64,000 nt of DNA, from positions 135,036,001-135,100,000 of the forward strand of contig OZ024740.1 in the NCBI GenBank assembly GCA_964016885.1. The letters run 5' to 3'. The notes under the pieces were generated by a model. The model saw only the letters and a program-made list of their open reading frames with translations. It did no database searches and had not been told where the DNA came from. The stretch's first letter is position 1, and the number at the start of each line of letters is the position of its first letter. The stretch comes from Eledone cirrhosa. Lineage: Eukaryota. This document shows, piece by piece, positions 26,160 through 40,968 of the stretch. The translations under genes and the position numbers were made by a program.

Positions 26160-26520
26160 AAATAAGAAAATATGAAAAAAAAAAAAACGGAAAAGGAAGG
26201 AAAAGGCAAGGCTCTAGTGTCACAGAAGAATGGGGGGTGATGGGCTCTGGGCACAGCGGTGATGGGGCTGCGCCCCACGAACAGGACTGCAAAAGCATTC
26301 CCGAGGGCAATGGCCAGCAACACCCACTGCAACAGCCACCCCCACCTCGCGGGGCTCCTTCCTCAAATGGGCTACCGATGTTCCAATCTTGCAAAGAAGC
26401 TCGGCAGTACAGGGTCCAAGTACGCCTGAGGTCTCAATGGCAACCGGTGTGAAGAAGAAGCAGCTAGACAATCCCTGGTATTTGTTTATCTTCCTTTCCT
26501 CTGCATTGTGGGCTACAGTT
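26160..26520 (-). mobile_element. Second CRE-like C-terminal remnant
   Basis: FFTPVAIETSGVLGP..ELL.KIG...EPRE / LAIALGNA. Confidence 0.72.
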
Positions 26521-26959
26521 CAGGGGTTTGTGGCTGATATTTTAAAGATGTTTGATAACTGTTACATTGAACTGACACATGACTATAGAATCTGTGTTGT
26601 ATTTGTTGTCTGACATAGATCTGTTTCATGAACTTAATATTTTCAAGATATTTTTATTCTCTTCAAAGCTAAACAGAAAATAAATATTTTTAAAGTGTAT
26701 TTTCCCATTGTTTGAAATTCAAGCCATTTCTCGAAACAATGGGAAAACCAATACTAAAGGTCATTTTACCAAAAACATAAAATGTTAACACCCTACATAC
26801 ATTATATATATATATAATATAATATATTTCCTTCCTTCATTTGGTTTCTTAGAAGTCTCAGGGATAACCAAACCTCCTGTTGCTCTTGCTGTTTGTTCAT
26901 CTTAGTTATCACTATGTTTTGTTTTTTTTCAGTACTAAGATTGTGTGGTTTCAAAAACG

Positions 26960-27023
26960 ATGAGTTTAGAAACCAATGAAATTAACATGGTTCACCAACT
27001 TGCTGAAGTGGTGCATTACCAAA
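26960..27023 (+). CDS. STK11IP: STK11-interacting protein, first coding exon (MSLETNEINMVHQLAEVVHYQ, phase-1 end); exon starts at 26933 with 27 nt of 5'UTR
   Basis: Pyrimidine tract + AG at 26931-32, ATG at 26960, donor A|GTAAGT at 27024. Splices in frame to 28307. Resembles the human STK11IP N-terminus (recalled: ..LLWKLAGLLRESGD..). Confidence 0.8.
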
Positions 27024-28306
27024 GTAAGTTACATTTTGCCAATTTTAATAGTTCAACAACTTTTAATCAATGTTTTTCATTCTCTCTCTCATCTTTTTTT
27101 TAACATAACAGCAATACCATTCCACACTCCCACCCAAAATGATTATTTGAAAAGGAAAAAAGGAAGTTGAGAAATAATATTTGTGTTTTTATACAAATCT
27201 TATATGAATCTCATTTCTAACGACATTACAGTACAACAACAACAACAACCATTTTAAGGCCATTCTCCTTGGTGAAGCAGGGGTTACCCTTGTAGGATCA
27301 TACTTATCAAAGGGTCCTTTTGAGAAAAATGTTTTACAACCTGATGCCTAATCTGGTGCCAAACCTTTTTGTCATCTCTTACGACAACTAAAGTTACTAT
27401 TTTTTTCTTTAAATGATCAACATGATTTGACCCCATTTGCTTACCAAATGGGGTGGAACTTGTCAAACTAAATCAAGGAAACAATGTTTACATTGGTCTT
27501 TCAATTGCTGGTACAATTGACTGGCAGAAAGAGCAATGTGAAATAAAGTATCTTGTTCAAGGACACAATACATCACCCGGTCCGGGAATTGACCTCATAA
27601 ACTCATGATTGTGAATCCAGTTCTCTAACCACTAAGCCATGCTCCTTCACAAGGCTATTGTATACCTATTATAATAAAATTTCAATAACACTTACTAATA
27701 AGATATGTTAGTATGCTATGAAGAGATAAAAAGTTTCTACTGAAATATCCTCTTTCACTGCATATACATACCTTACCTTTTACATTTTACTTAATTTGTT
27801 CTTGCCAACACAAGCCACCACTTATCTCATTTAAATGAATGCAAGTATGGCTGAGTAGTTAAGAAGTTAGATTTGCAATCATGAGTCACTGCATTGCATC
27901 TTTGGTAATTGTCTTTATCATAGTCAAGAGTTGACTCAAACCTTGTGAGGGAAATTGGGCTGAAGGAAACTATATGGACGTATATGTACCTCAGATGGAT
28001 TGTATATGTACCTCAGATGGATTGTATATGTACCTCAAAGTTCCAGCCTTGTCACATATGTGTCATGCTGATTCAGCTTGGGGATTACATTAAGAGTATG
28101 TATGTCACAACCACTTATACATTAATTCATGAGATGTTCAGTTGATTGAAGAACTGAATGTTCATTGTTGAAACAGAGGATCCACCATCATTATTGTCAC
28201 CATCATCATATTTAAATTCTAGTTATGACTTCAAATTTTACTTATATATTATAATTTATAAAATGAAATCCATTATTTTATTTTCAATTTTATTTTTTTT
28301 TATCAG

Positions 28307-28509
28307 GTAACAAAATTTTCCGAGGGGAAGGCCGACTTAATCTTTCTACACACACATTAGTCTTTCTTAATCAAGCAACACAGGAAGGATTCCTCTCCAG
28401 TTATCACCAGGAAAATAGTCTTACAACTGAGAAACAGCAGGAACTAGATAAGTTAAAAAGTGACATTCATTTTGTAACAGATGTACTTGTGGACACCACT
28501 GCACTAAAG
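28307..28509 (+). CDS. STK11IP: STK11IP coding exon 2 (SNKIFRGEGRLNLSTHTLVFLNQ...IHFVTDVLVDTTALK)
   Basis: Acceptor tttttatcAG, donor AAG|GTTTG, 203 nt open (2 + 67 codons). Resembles human SGCSTLSLLTPTLQQLN...LQFLFDVLQKTLSLK. Confidence 0.9.
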
Positions 28510-29887
28510 GTTTGTTAATCTTGTTTTGGGTTTTTGGAGGGGTTTCCCTCCATTTTTGTTTAATTCAACTTAACTTCTCTAAAGTATACCAAAATCTTCA
28601 TTCTACAAATGAATTGCTTTTAAGATATGATTTACTCAATGTCTTTTCTCCAGCTGTTTGTTTGAAAATATAAGTTCATCACCATCATCATTTTACATTT
28701 GTTTTCCATGCTTACATGAATTGGTTAGGTCCTACCAACACTACATCTCACCACTTGTTGCATTTCTTTGTCATCTTCTTTGTGAGGTTCAGTGCCCTAA
28801 AGTTATCTTTCACCACTTCTGTTTATATTTTCTTTGGTATTCCTCTTCCACTTGGAACAGTTTAGCACATCTTTACCCAATTATCATCATCCATATACAT
28901 TACATGTTCAAACTAGTTTAGTTTCCTGTCTCATATGCTACATCTGATTCCTCATATGCTCCGGTTTTTTTTTCCCTTCAACTCATCTATGCTTCATTAT
29001 TTATGTATACTAACATTAGATATCCAACAGAGATTGTTTGATTCATTTCTTTCCAGTTTCCACACCCTTCCACATTTATTGCCCATATCTCACAACCATG
29101 CAATATCGTGCTATGTACACAAACATCATACAATCTATGGTTCATTCATATATACATTGAATATCAATGAGTTGTGAGATTTATTGATAGAAAGTGAGGA
29201 AACCATAGATTTATAAAGAAAGGGAGATAGAATGTTGTGTAGTTCATGCTTTTCACAAAGGCATTGGTAAGATTTATGGATTCCACACATCTAACTACTG
29301 AGCAGCAGGATCTCTGTTTATGTGAAATATATAGAGAAATGAAGAGACAAACACATACAGAGAGACAGACACACACACATGCACATTAGTTACATATGTG
29401 TAATGATAAAAGAAGAGAAATGCACTTCTTTCTATCTGTTTATATATATCATCCTATGGCTATGTATCTACTTTTCTCTCTCGCTCTCTCTTCTGTATAT
29501 CTCTCTATATAGATACACTTATGTAACAAGAAAAATATGCTACCTGTAAGATAGCAAGATCATACTAAGATAGCATCATCATCATTTAACGTCTGCTTTC
29601 CCTGTTAGAAAGGGTTTGATGGGTCTACATAGATCAAGTCAGTTTTGAAACTGGGCTACTGACCTCTCAGACAGGCCGAGGGGTCAATATCCCACTTACA
29701 TATGGCTATACCAAGTGTAGAGAAGTTTTCATATCTTTTTACACAAACTGAATGGTCCTCCTAACTCCCTGTTTGGCAAGATTTCTATGGTTGGATACCT
29801 TCCTAACACCAACCGCTTACATATGTATGTCCAACCCTTTAACCAATGCTGGCATGGAAGAACAAACATAAATGCTGCTACCACTGA

Positions 29888-29929
<42 letters not shown>

Positions 29930-29970
29930 GTAACCCATGTGCAAACCACGCAGTATTCTTCTTTCTTCTC

Positions 29971-30007
<37 letters not shown>

Positions 30008-30011
<4 letters not shown>

Positions 30012-33000
30012 ATAATAATAAATTTGAAGACTAAAATCCAAAGAGGGCTCGATAAGGATAAATATATATCAAATATATAAGAACCGTAGAGCAAATATTT
30101 ATTAAAATAACAGATTAAAGTTTAAGCAAAGAATCGCTGCTTTCATCCTTAATGGGATCTTCTGAAACTAACAAAGTCAATCTGTAAACGCAGAACTGGA
30201 TATTTCAAAAAACGTTGCAACCAGAGGAAGACAGGAAGACGATACTTTGGTTCGTGGAAACGTTCGCTGGCTATGAACGGGAAAAAACGAATAATACGTC
30301 ATTAATAGGAGCGGTGAAAAACAATACGCGCAAAGACAGAACCACGTTTATAGTATAATAGAGGTCGTAGACTAATGTTCTCTTAGGTGGTGCATAGAGA
30401 CGTTCTCTGGCGATAAACGAAAAAAACGAAGATAATACGTCATATGTGGAGCGTGGAGAACAATAGCACGCAAAGACAAAACCACGTAAATGGTATAGCA
30501 GAAGTCGTAGACTAAATTCTAACTAGGAGACCGAATGAATTTCCGCTACGGAGTTAAGAACAAAGTAAATAAATACAATACAGAAGTAATAGAAATAAAT
30601 AAATACATACACGCAAACAGAAACGTACATACACGAGCATACGCAAAAACTTACCATAGGTAAACAAAACCATGCACATATAAATATGTGTGTGTGTGTG
30701 TAAGCGTGTATACAAATAAATAAATAATTATATAAACGTATATAAATAAATAAATACGTATATAACAAGCGCACACACATACCTACATGTAAATACACGA
30801 ATGTTCGGAGACGTAAGTCAACCAAAACATGAAGTACACATATACATAAGCCCTACATACGTACGAACCTGCATACTCACACAGACGCAAAACTCCCGTA
30901 TACACATAGTCGCACCATATGTACCAGAATATATAAAAAAATTATACGCCAGAACAATCAAATATACGTACGAGAAGGTATACGTACCTTCACAAAACAT
31001 ACGGATAATATATACTTACCTATGCAAATAAGTAAAGGTATAAACAAAACATACTTAGCTCCCACATCGAGACGTAAAATATCCACGTATAGATCGTACT
31101 ATCCATTAGGGTATAACGTGGGGCTGTAATACAAGTAAGTTTTGTGCAATTTATGTTTACCAGCCGAAATTGCCTCAGATTTTTTGTTTAAGATGTGGTC
31201 TGTGGCGTAGAGTATTTCCAGGGCCTCAGCGGCGCAGAGGTCACATGGTCTTTTATTTCCGTTATACGATCTAGCCCTCGCTAGGATCTCCCAGTGTAAC
31301 TTATATTGGGTGTGGTTGTCTTTTAGACTCCAGATATAAGCTGAAAGTGACGTCATATTCCTTCTTAGAGGGTAACGAAAAGAATGGGTATGCATGTAAA
31401 GACGCTGCTTGAATCTATTGGCGGTTAACCCTATGTAGGCCCTACGGGACGTGGATGTTACAACCTTACATTTGTAGACAATGTTACCAGAGAGGCATTT
31501 CCCGGATAGGGGGCAATCAACCCGATTCCTACAATTACAGTTAGTACTAACTACAGGGTTGCACGTGTTCCTTATGGCTAGGTAGTTTAGCTAAATTTGA
31601 AGCTGTGATGTTATGTGCAAGGTTAGGAGTCGTAGAGTAAGAAATTTTAATAGTATTTCTATTAAAAATTTTACTATGTTTATGTGTAGGGGGAAAATGC
31701 TTCGTAATAAGGGAAAGAAAGATCTTAGCTAATGGTGTGGCCACCTCCATATTATATGGTGGGTTATACCAACAAATGCAACAGGATCTATTTCTTCTAG
31801 GTCTATTTTCGTACTCTGTATATGCTACCTTATCGACAAATCCACTTCGAGCAAGAGCTTCATTGTAATAAGTGGAATGGTCGTTGAAAATACGCTCGTT
31901 GGTGGAAAGACGGGAAAGCTAATGACGTATTATATTCGTTTTTTCCCGTTCTTAGCCAGCGAACGTTTCCACGAACCAAAGTATCGTCTTCCTGTCTTCC
32001 TCCGGTTGCAACGTTTTTTGAAATATCCAGTTTTGCGTTTACAGATTGACTTTGTTAGTTTCAGAAGATCCCGTTAAGGGTGAAAGCAGCGATTCTTTGC
32101 TTAAACTTTAATCTGTTATTTCAATAAATATTTGCTCTACGGTTCTTATATATTTGATATATATTTATCCTTATCGAGCCCTCTTTGGATTTTAGTCTTC
32201 AAATTTATTATTATTACTATTTGGCTCCCTCGATTGAGCACTCTACTGACTTATATTCATCATGCAGAAACAACATCTGAATATTTCTACAAAGAACATA
32301 CCCGTACCAAGCAGGAAAACATACCTAAAACTCCTGATACAGAAAATAGATGCGTTCATTAAAAGGTTGCGTTGGCGGGCCTTTTACTTCGATAATCCGC
32401 GAAAAGCAGACAACAAACAGGATAAATTTGGATTTAAAACCTATAATAACCCCCCTGTGTAACCCAGCATTGCTACCCTTCGAAAATGATGTCTTGGAAC
32501 TCATTCGGAGTATCAAATTTCGGAATAGGAGCAATTCCTTCCAGCTCGACCTGAAGAATAGAATTCGTTCTATTAAGGATTCTAATGCCGTGCACGTCCA
32601 TTCCGACAAAACTGGCAACCTATATCAAGTGGAGCACAGTACTTACCATCAACTACTACATAATGCTGTAACTAAGGATTACCGTAAAACTAATCGGTGC
32701 GTCATCAATGAAATCAACGATGCTGGGTTTAAAATCACATCTGATCTCAACATCCTGGACCGGACCGAACCTCTGGACCCTATTTCTCCCCACTTTACCC
32801 TGAAGGATCACAAATCCAATTTTCCGAACAACCCCTCTATTTGGCTTATTAACCCTACAAAGTCCGATTTAGGTAGACTTAGTAAGACGATTCTTGATAG
32901 AATTATACCTGAAATTAGAAGTTTGGCCCCTCTTGCACTGTGGAACAATTCCTTTGCGGTGATTGATTGCCGTTTTATCCAATTCGACATCAGCAATTAC

Positions 33001-35367
33001 TACTCCTCCATCACTTTACCACTTCTCCTTAGAGCTATCAATTTCGCTAAAACACTCACAGTGGTTAAGGATTTCGAAGTTGATGTCATCCTCAATGCCC
33101 GTAAGTCGGTGATTAATTTTGACGACTCTATTTGGATTAAAAAATCCAATAGTACCCCATTCGACGTGAGTATGGGCGCCAGTGATTCTGCGGAGGTTAC
33201 TGATCTTATCGGCCTTTTCCTTCTTTTCTCTATCAAGGACGAATTCCCCAACGCGGGCGGTGGTTTGTACCGTGACGATGGTCTTTTGACCATGACTAAG
33301 TGCGGACCTCGTGCTTGCGATAGGTTCAGAAAAGAACTCACAGCCTTCTTTAAAGGCTTCAACCTCTCTATACAGGTTGAGGCCAATCTCTCGGTCGTTA
33401 ATTACCTCGACGTTACCCTTAACCTATTGAATGGGTTGTATTACCCGTATAGAAAGCCGAATGATATGCTTAATTACATAAGTAAGCATTCCAACCATCC
33501 TGCCAGCATAACCAAGAACCTGGTAAGAAACGTTTCGTTGAGGCTTTCCCGTCTTTCCACCAACGACCGTATTTTCAACGACCATTCCACTTATTACAAT
33601 GAAGCTCTTGCTCGAAGTGGATTTGTCGATAAGGTAGCATATACAGAGTATGAAAATAGACCTAGAAGAAACAGATCCCGTCGCATTTGTTGGTATAACC
33701 CACCATATAATATGGAGGTGGCCACACCATTAGCTAAGATCTTTCTTTCCCTTATTACGAAGCATTTTCCCCCTACACATAAATATAGTAAAATTTTTAA
33801 TAGAAATACTATTAAAATTTCTTACTCTACGACTCCTAACCTTGCACATAACATCACAGCTTCAAATTTAGCTAAACTACCTAGCCGTAGGAACACGTGC
33901 AACCCTGTAGTTAGTACTAACTGTAATTGTAGGAATTGGGTTGGTTGCCCACTATCCGGTAAATGCCTCTCTAGTAACATTGTCTACAAATGTAAGGTTG
34001 TAACACCCACGTCCTGTAGGGCCTACATAGGGTTAACCGCCAATAGATTCAAGCAGCGTCTTTACATGCATACCCATTCTTTTCGTTACCCTCTAAGAAG
34101 GAATATGACGTCACTTTCAGCTTATATCTGGAGTCTAAAAGACAACCACACCTAATATAAGTTACCCTGGGAGATCCTAGCGAGGGCTAGATCGTATAAC
34201 GGAAATAAAAGACCATGTGACCTCTGCGCCGCTGAGGCCCTGGAAATACTCTACGCCACAGACCACATCTTAAACAAAAAATCTGAGGCAATTTCGGCTT
34301 GTAAACATAAATTGCACAAAACTTTCGTGTATTACAGCCCCACGTTATACCCTAACGGATAGTACGATCTATACGTGGATATTTTACGTCTCGATGTGGG
34401 AGCTAATTATATGTTTTGTTTATACCTTTACTTATTTGCATAGGTAAGTATATATTATCTGTATGTTTTGTGAAGGTACGTATACTTTCTCGTACGTATA
34501 TTTGATTGTTATGGCGTATAATTTTTTTATATATTCTGGTACATATGGTTCGACTATGTGTATACGGGAGTTTTGCGTCTGTGTGAGTATGCAGGTTCGT
34601 ACGTATGTAGGGCTTATGTATATGTGTACTTCATGTTTTGGTTGACTTACATCTCCGAACATTCGTGTATTTACATGTAGGTATGTGTGTGCGCTTGTTA
34701 TATACGTATTTATTTATTTATATACGTTTATATAATTATTTATTTATTTGTATACATGCTTACACACACACACATATTTATATGTGCGTGGTTTTGTTTA
34801 CCTATGGTAAGTTTTTGCGTATGCTTGTGTATGTACGTTTCTGTTTGCGTGTATGTATTTATTTATTTCTATTACTTCTGTATTTTATTTATTTACTTCG
34901 TTCTTAACTCCGTAGCGGAGATTCATTCGGTCTCCTAGTTAGAATTTAGTCTACGACTTCTGCTATACCATTTACGTGGTTTTGTCTTTGCGTGCTTTTG
35001 TTCTCCACGCTCCACATATGACGTATTATCTTCGTTTTTTTCGTTCATCGCCAGAGAACGTCTCTATGCACCACCTAAGAGAACATTAGTCTACGACCTC
35101 TATTATACTATAAACGTGGTTCTGTCTTTGCGCGTATTGTTTTTCACCGCTCCTATTAATGACGTATTATATTCGTTTTTTCCCGTTCTTAGTCAGCGAA
35201 CGTTTCCACGAACCAAAGTATCGTCTTCCTGTCTTCCTCTGGTTGCAACGTTTTTTGAAATATCCAGTTCTGCGTTTACAGATTGACTTTGTTAGTTTCA
35301 GAAGATCCAGTTAAGGGTGAAAGCAGCGATTCTTTGCTTAAACTTTAATCTGTTATTTTAATAAATA
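30008..35367 (+). mobile_element. Naiad-like Penelope-like element: inverted 3' copy (30008-31919, - strand), partial pLTR, RT/GIY-YIG ORF (32262-34362, one frameshift and one TAA), spacer, pLTR
   Basis: STKNIPVPS..RLRWRAFYF N-terminus, DKTGNLY, FDISNYYSSI, YRDDGL, NYLDVTLNL, CNCRN..CPLSGKC linker, IVYKC..YIGLT..FKQR..H GIY-YIG. Flanked by (TA)n on both sides. Confidence 0.93.
32057..32107 (+). ncRNA. Variant hammerhead (CAGAAGA core) in Naiad-like pLTR; copies at 35294-35344 (+) and 30119-30169 (-)
   Basis: AGUUU-CAGAAGA-uCCC(guuaa)GGGu-GAA-AGCA(9 nt)UGCU-U-AAACU. Confidence 0.65.
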
Positions 35368-35392
35368 TATATATATATATATATATATTATA

Positions 35393-35545
35393 TTTGATAA
35401 TTTGTATAATTTTGTATAATTTTGTACATAGATCTGTTGAATATGCATACCAATTCTAACACATATATGTCCTAGAAACGATCGTTAAATAATGAACTTT
35501 TTTTGTTTAATATAAGGAACTGTTTCATTGTTTTATTCATTATTT
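35393..35545 (+). mobile_element. 3' half of the family-A hammerhead repeat (no CUGA half)
   Basis: Matches 57570-57663 and, inverted, 10275-10410; contains GAAACGATCGTTAAATAATG. Confidence 0.8.
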
Positions 35546-36010
<465 letters not shown>

Positions 36011-37489
36011 TATATAGACACTTATATGAAATGAAATGATAATGATATTCTATCAAATAATGTGATTCTCTTTTCTGTTATCACTGTAGCATTTAGTATT
36101 GTATTTCAATTAGTATCGTTATTATTCAGCATTTCAAACAAAAGGACAATATGTAGCAATTGTTTTTTTAAATCGCAGCAGATTTAATAAATATTTGGTC
36201 GTATTTTTTAAATTTATTTATTCAAACAGAAACAAGTGACATAGTTAACTTCATCAGCATCGTCATAAGCAATTTCACCATCATCACCATCTCATAACCA
36301 TAATCATCATCACTATAATCATTATCATTGTTGTTATTTTGTTACTTTTAGCACATTTGTTATTTTTTCAGTTTATTTTATTTCTTCATTTGAAAAAGAA
36401 GAGGGTGGATTAGACAGGGACATTAGTATCAGACAAAATACTGTACTCCATTTAATCCCCACCACTTTCTGCACTCAAGACTCATGGAAATAGACTTTGC
36501 TTTTCATGACTTTTGTAATTTGAAATTTGAAAATATAGTCACTACATGCAGATAACTATAATAATAGTTGGATAAATTGGGTAAAGAGGTCTCTGTCCAA
36601 CTTTTTCTGCCCCTAGGGGTACTTTAGTCAATTGGTATTATTTTAGTTAATGTGGTACAAAGGTATTATTTTAGTTGTCAACTATTATTATAGTTGACTT
36701 TGCCTTTCATCCTTACGGGGTCGATAAAATAAAGTACCAGTAATGCACTGGGTAATTGCTGGCCTTGTGCTTAAAGTAGAGACAATTATTATAGTTATCT
36801 ACACTGTGTAACTATATTTTGTACCACATTAAGATCACTGAATAACTAATGCAAACTTGACTTTTATCTGTAAAAAAAAAAGAGAAAATACACGGGAGTG
36901 ATTTTCAGTTTCCTGTTTAGGTCTTTAGATGTATTCCAGTTTGGTACTGATTAGCAATGTTTTTATGTCTTGTAAGCCAACGCAAATAAAGAATGAAACC
37001 ATTATCATATAAAACTATAGACACAGCTTTTTTTCTTAATTACTTCAATATTTTTTATTATAAGCATTAGCTGTAGATTAAAATATATGTATTTTGCTAA
37101 AGCCTTTATTTGCACTTGGGAACATTTTTGTCTCTTACTGAAACATTGCTTTATTTGAGGCCACTCCAAAAACTAGACTTTCTTTCAATAATCAGATTGA
37201 TAAGGAAAATAAAGATATTTTTATGCCACATCACATATTCAATGAAGTGAGCTGACTAGATGAAATAAACCTGTGGGCCAAATTTGACCCATGGGTCATA
37301 GTTAGCTGAACCCTAATGAAACAATTATACACTGTCCCTTGTCATTTCATACATTTTTTGAATGTGACCTATTTACTATTTACAAATATCTAGAACAGGC
37401 TAGTGAGAGTTACATGCTATTGCCAGAGACAATACTATATTGGTTTTAGGATAGAAATGTTTTTATTTTCCAATCTATTAACATTCACC

Positions 37490-40400
37490 TCATGCTGCCG
37501 GACGACAAGGCAAGGACTCCTCCTCTTTATTTCGGCCGCAGATGGCCAACATACCCCCTCCCCCCGTTCCCACCCACCAAACGCAACCCAAAACTTCAGA
37601 GTTGGTACCATGAATGTAGGCACCTTAAAAGGTCGCTCTAATGAGGTTGTAGAAATGCTTGAGCGTAAGGAGGTTGATGTTTGCTATATCCAAGAGACCA
37701 GGTCGAGGGGTGGGTCTGCTAGATTCATTGTGGGTAAAAAACGATGCTATAAGCTTTTCTGGGTGGGAAATGACAATGGGCTGGGTGGGGTAGGAATCAT
37801 GTTAGCAGAAAAATGGGTAGATAAGATAATAGACGTAAATAGAGTGAACGACAGAATAATTAAAATAAGACTTGTCCTAAATAGAACTACTGTGACAGTA
37901 ATATCTGCGTACGCACCCCAATCCAGACTGCCTGGCGTTATAAAAGACAGATTCTATGAGACATTGATGCTCACTACCTCCCAAATAACCGACAGTGACT
38001 ACATAATTATCGCTGGCGGCCTAAATGGTCACATTGGACAACATTGTGATGGCTATGACGGAATCCATGGAAGCTATGGGTTTGGTACTAGAAATGAGGA
38101 AGGCTCCAGAATCCTGGAATTCTGTGACGCAAATAACCTAACTATCTGTAAGATAAACTTAAAAAAACGAGACAATCACTTGATCACCTATAGATCAGGG
38201 GAACACGCCAGTCAGATAGATTATATCCTTACCAGAAGACGTGATAGTGTCTGTTGTAAACACTAAATCCCTCCCCCATGAAGAATGCACCTCCCAACAT
38301 AGACTCATAGTCAGCGACCTCATACTCAGGACAAGACGTACTCGACAACAGAGGAGGACTATCCTCAGGAGAAAAATATGGAAGCTAATGGACCCCACAG
38401 CCAGTAATAAATTTAAAAGCATATTACTTGATGCTTTTGACAGTAAGGAAGAGCAATTAGAGTCATACAATATAGAGGAACAGTGGGAATTCCTGAAAGC
38501 TAACCTGCTGAAGGCAGCAGATGAAGTCTGTGGCTGGAGCAGACCTATAGGCTGGAGGGGAGTAACGTGGTGGTAGAACAGTAAGGTGGGGGAATCAATT
38601 AAGGGCAAAAAGCAGGCTTGGAAAGTATGGCGGGATGGGGGAAGTAGAGAAGACTATCAAGTGGCCAGAAGGGAAGCTAGGAGACAAGTGTACTTTGCAA
38701 GAAGGGAAGCAGAGGAAAGAAAGTTCAAGCATGTTCTACAACGCGAGGACCAAAAACATGAGGTATTCAGGATTGTTAGGCAATGTGTCAAGGAAAACCA
38801 TGATATTGTCAGGGAGAAGTGTCCTTAATGATGATGGTGTACTTGCCATCACTGACGCTGATAAGAAGGTAGTTTAGAAGTGTCACTACGAAAGGCTACT
38901 AAATGAGGAGAATAAATGGGAGAAAGACAGTCTCCCCCACACCGATCCAATAGAGGGACCAGCAGTGCTAGTTGAAGGTAGTATAATAAGTTAGGCAATC
39001 AAAGATATGAAGACGGGTAAGGCGGCTGGGCCTTCGGAAATAGTTGCTGAAATGCTGAAAGCATCTGGAACGGTGGGATACACTATGGTCACCCGGATAG
39101 TAAACCAAGTCATACAGAATGGAGTCGTTCCGAAGGACTGGCGTAGCAGCATCATCATTAACTGCTACAAGGGTAAAGGAGATCCCCTAGATAGGGGTAA
39201 CTATAGAGGCATTAAATTAATCGACCAGGTCATGATGGTCACAGAAAAAGTAATAGCGCAACTAATCAGAGAGCGAATTGATCTAGATGAAATGCAGTTC
39301 GGGTTTGTGTCAGGTAAAAGTAGCACAGACGCTCTTTTCCTTGTACAACAACTACAGGAGAAGTACCTAGCTAAAAGTAAACCCCTATACTTAACTTTTG
39401 TTGACTTGGAGAAAGCCTTTGACAGAGTCCCCCGCTCCATTATCTGGTGGGCTCTTAGAAAACTAGGTGTTGATGAATGGCTTGTGAGAGCTATACAAGC
39501 CATGTATAAAGAAACAGTCAGCAAGGTTTAAATTAACAACGAATATAGTGAAGAGTTTAGCGTAAAAGTTGGTGTTCATCAGGGCTCCGTTCTTAGCCCC
39601 CTACTATTTATTATTGCCCTTCAGGCTATAACAGAGCAGTTCAAGACCGGCTGCCCATGAGAACTCCTATACGCAGATACATAGCTGAATCAATGGCTGA
39701 ACTAGAGAAGAAATTCCAAACATGGAAGCATGCCCTAGAATCAAAAGGCCTTAAAATTAACCTGTCTAAAACTAAAGTTCTAGTTTGTAGGAAGGAAAAT
39801 AGGGCACCGGTCCCATCTGGGAAATGGCCATGCTCAGTGTGGAGGAAAGGAGTAGGCAGCAACTCCATTTTATGTCCCAAATGCAAAGTATGGGTGCATA
39901 AAAAATGTAGTGGGATCACAGGTAAGCTAACTAAGAATATAGATTTTATATGTGGCCGGTGCTCAGGTGCAATAAGTAGCAGCAAGTGCCCACAGAATAC
40001 TAGCTCATTCCATTGCACAGATGGTTCTATAGAAATAGTGGACACCTTCCGTTACCTGGGTGACAAAATCAGCAGTGGTGGAGGGTGCTCTGAAAGTACA
40101 GTAGCTAGAGTCAGAACGGGATGGAAAAAGTTCAGAGAGCTTATACCACTATTGGCCACTAAAGGGTTCTCTCAAAAATGAAAGGCAGGCTGTATGATGC
40201 CTGCATACGAACAGCAATGTTACATGGCAGTGAGACTTGGGCATTGTGTGCAGAGGATATACTAGAGAGGAACGAAGCTTGCATGCTCCGCTGGATGTGT
40301 AATAGTAATATACGTGAACGGCAAAGCATAAACGAACTAAGGGAGAAATTAGGAATAAGAGGGATCAGATGTTGTTTACTCGAGAGAAGACTACATTGGT

Positions 40401-40968
40401 ACGGTCACGTGATGCGCATGAAAGACGACCGCTGTATAAAAAAGTGCAGGGCGATAAAAATAGACGGTAGCCACGGAGTAGGCAGACCCAGAAAAACCTG
40501 GGACGACTTGATAAATTCCGACCTCACACACTTACACCTCTCCAAGACAATGTCACTGACCGAGATCTTTGGTGCTACGCAGTAATACAGAACACCCGCC
40601 TTGCCTAAGTACAAAGCGAAAACCTACAGTCAGTAGGCACCTCTAACAAAAATACACCTCCGTCCCACTACCCCCACCTCATCCACACCACCCCTTTCAA
40701 TGTAAAATTATGTTGGTACCACAACATCCAGTCCGAAACAAATGAGGTCGTGTAGGTGTCACGCTGTAATGTGGCCGTGTAGGTAACACGGTAAAAGCCT
40801 CCCAGTCCACACTGTAAACGTGGTTGGTGTTGGGAAGGGCATCCAGCCGTAGAAAACCCGCTAGACAGTCCTATACGAGCAAGACAACAATCTTGCTGCA
40901 AGTGGGAAAATTCCCGTCCAAACCCATGCAAGCGTGGAAGATGGACGTTAAACGATGATGATGATGAT
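37490..40968 (+). mobile_element. RTE-clade LINE, near full-length, degenerate (stops and frameshifts), same family as 12144
   Basis: Fragmented ORFs 37403-40585 are collinear with the 12144 protein and include the APE start RVGTMNVGTLKGRS; (GAT)n tail. Confidence 0.96.

Noticed and set aside
32262-34362. Selenocysteine recoding, reported for some Naiad PLEs
   Set aside because: The in-frame stop is TAA (CAA in the inverted copy) and the linker cysteines are TGT/TGC; no in-frame TGA was seen.
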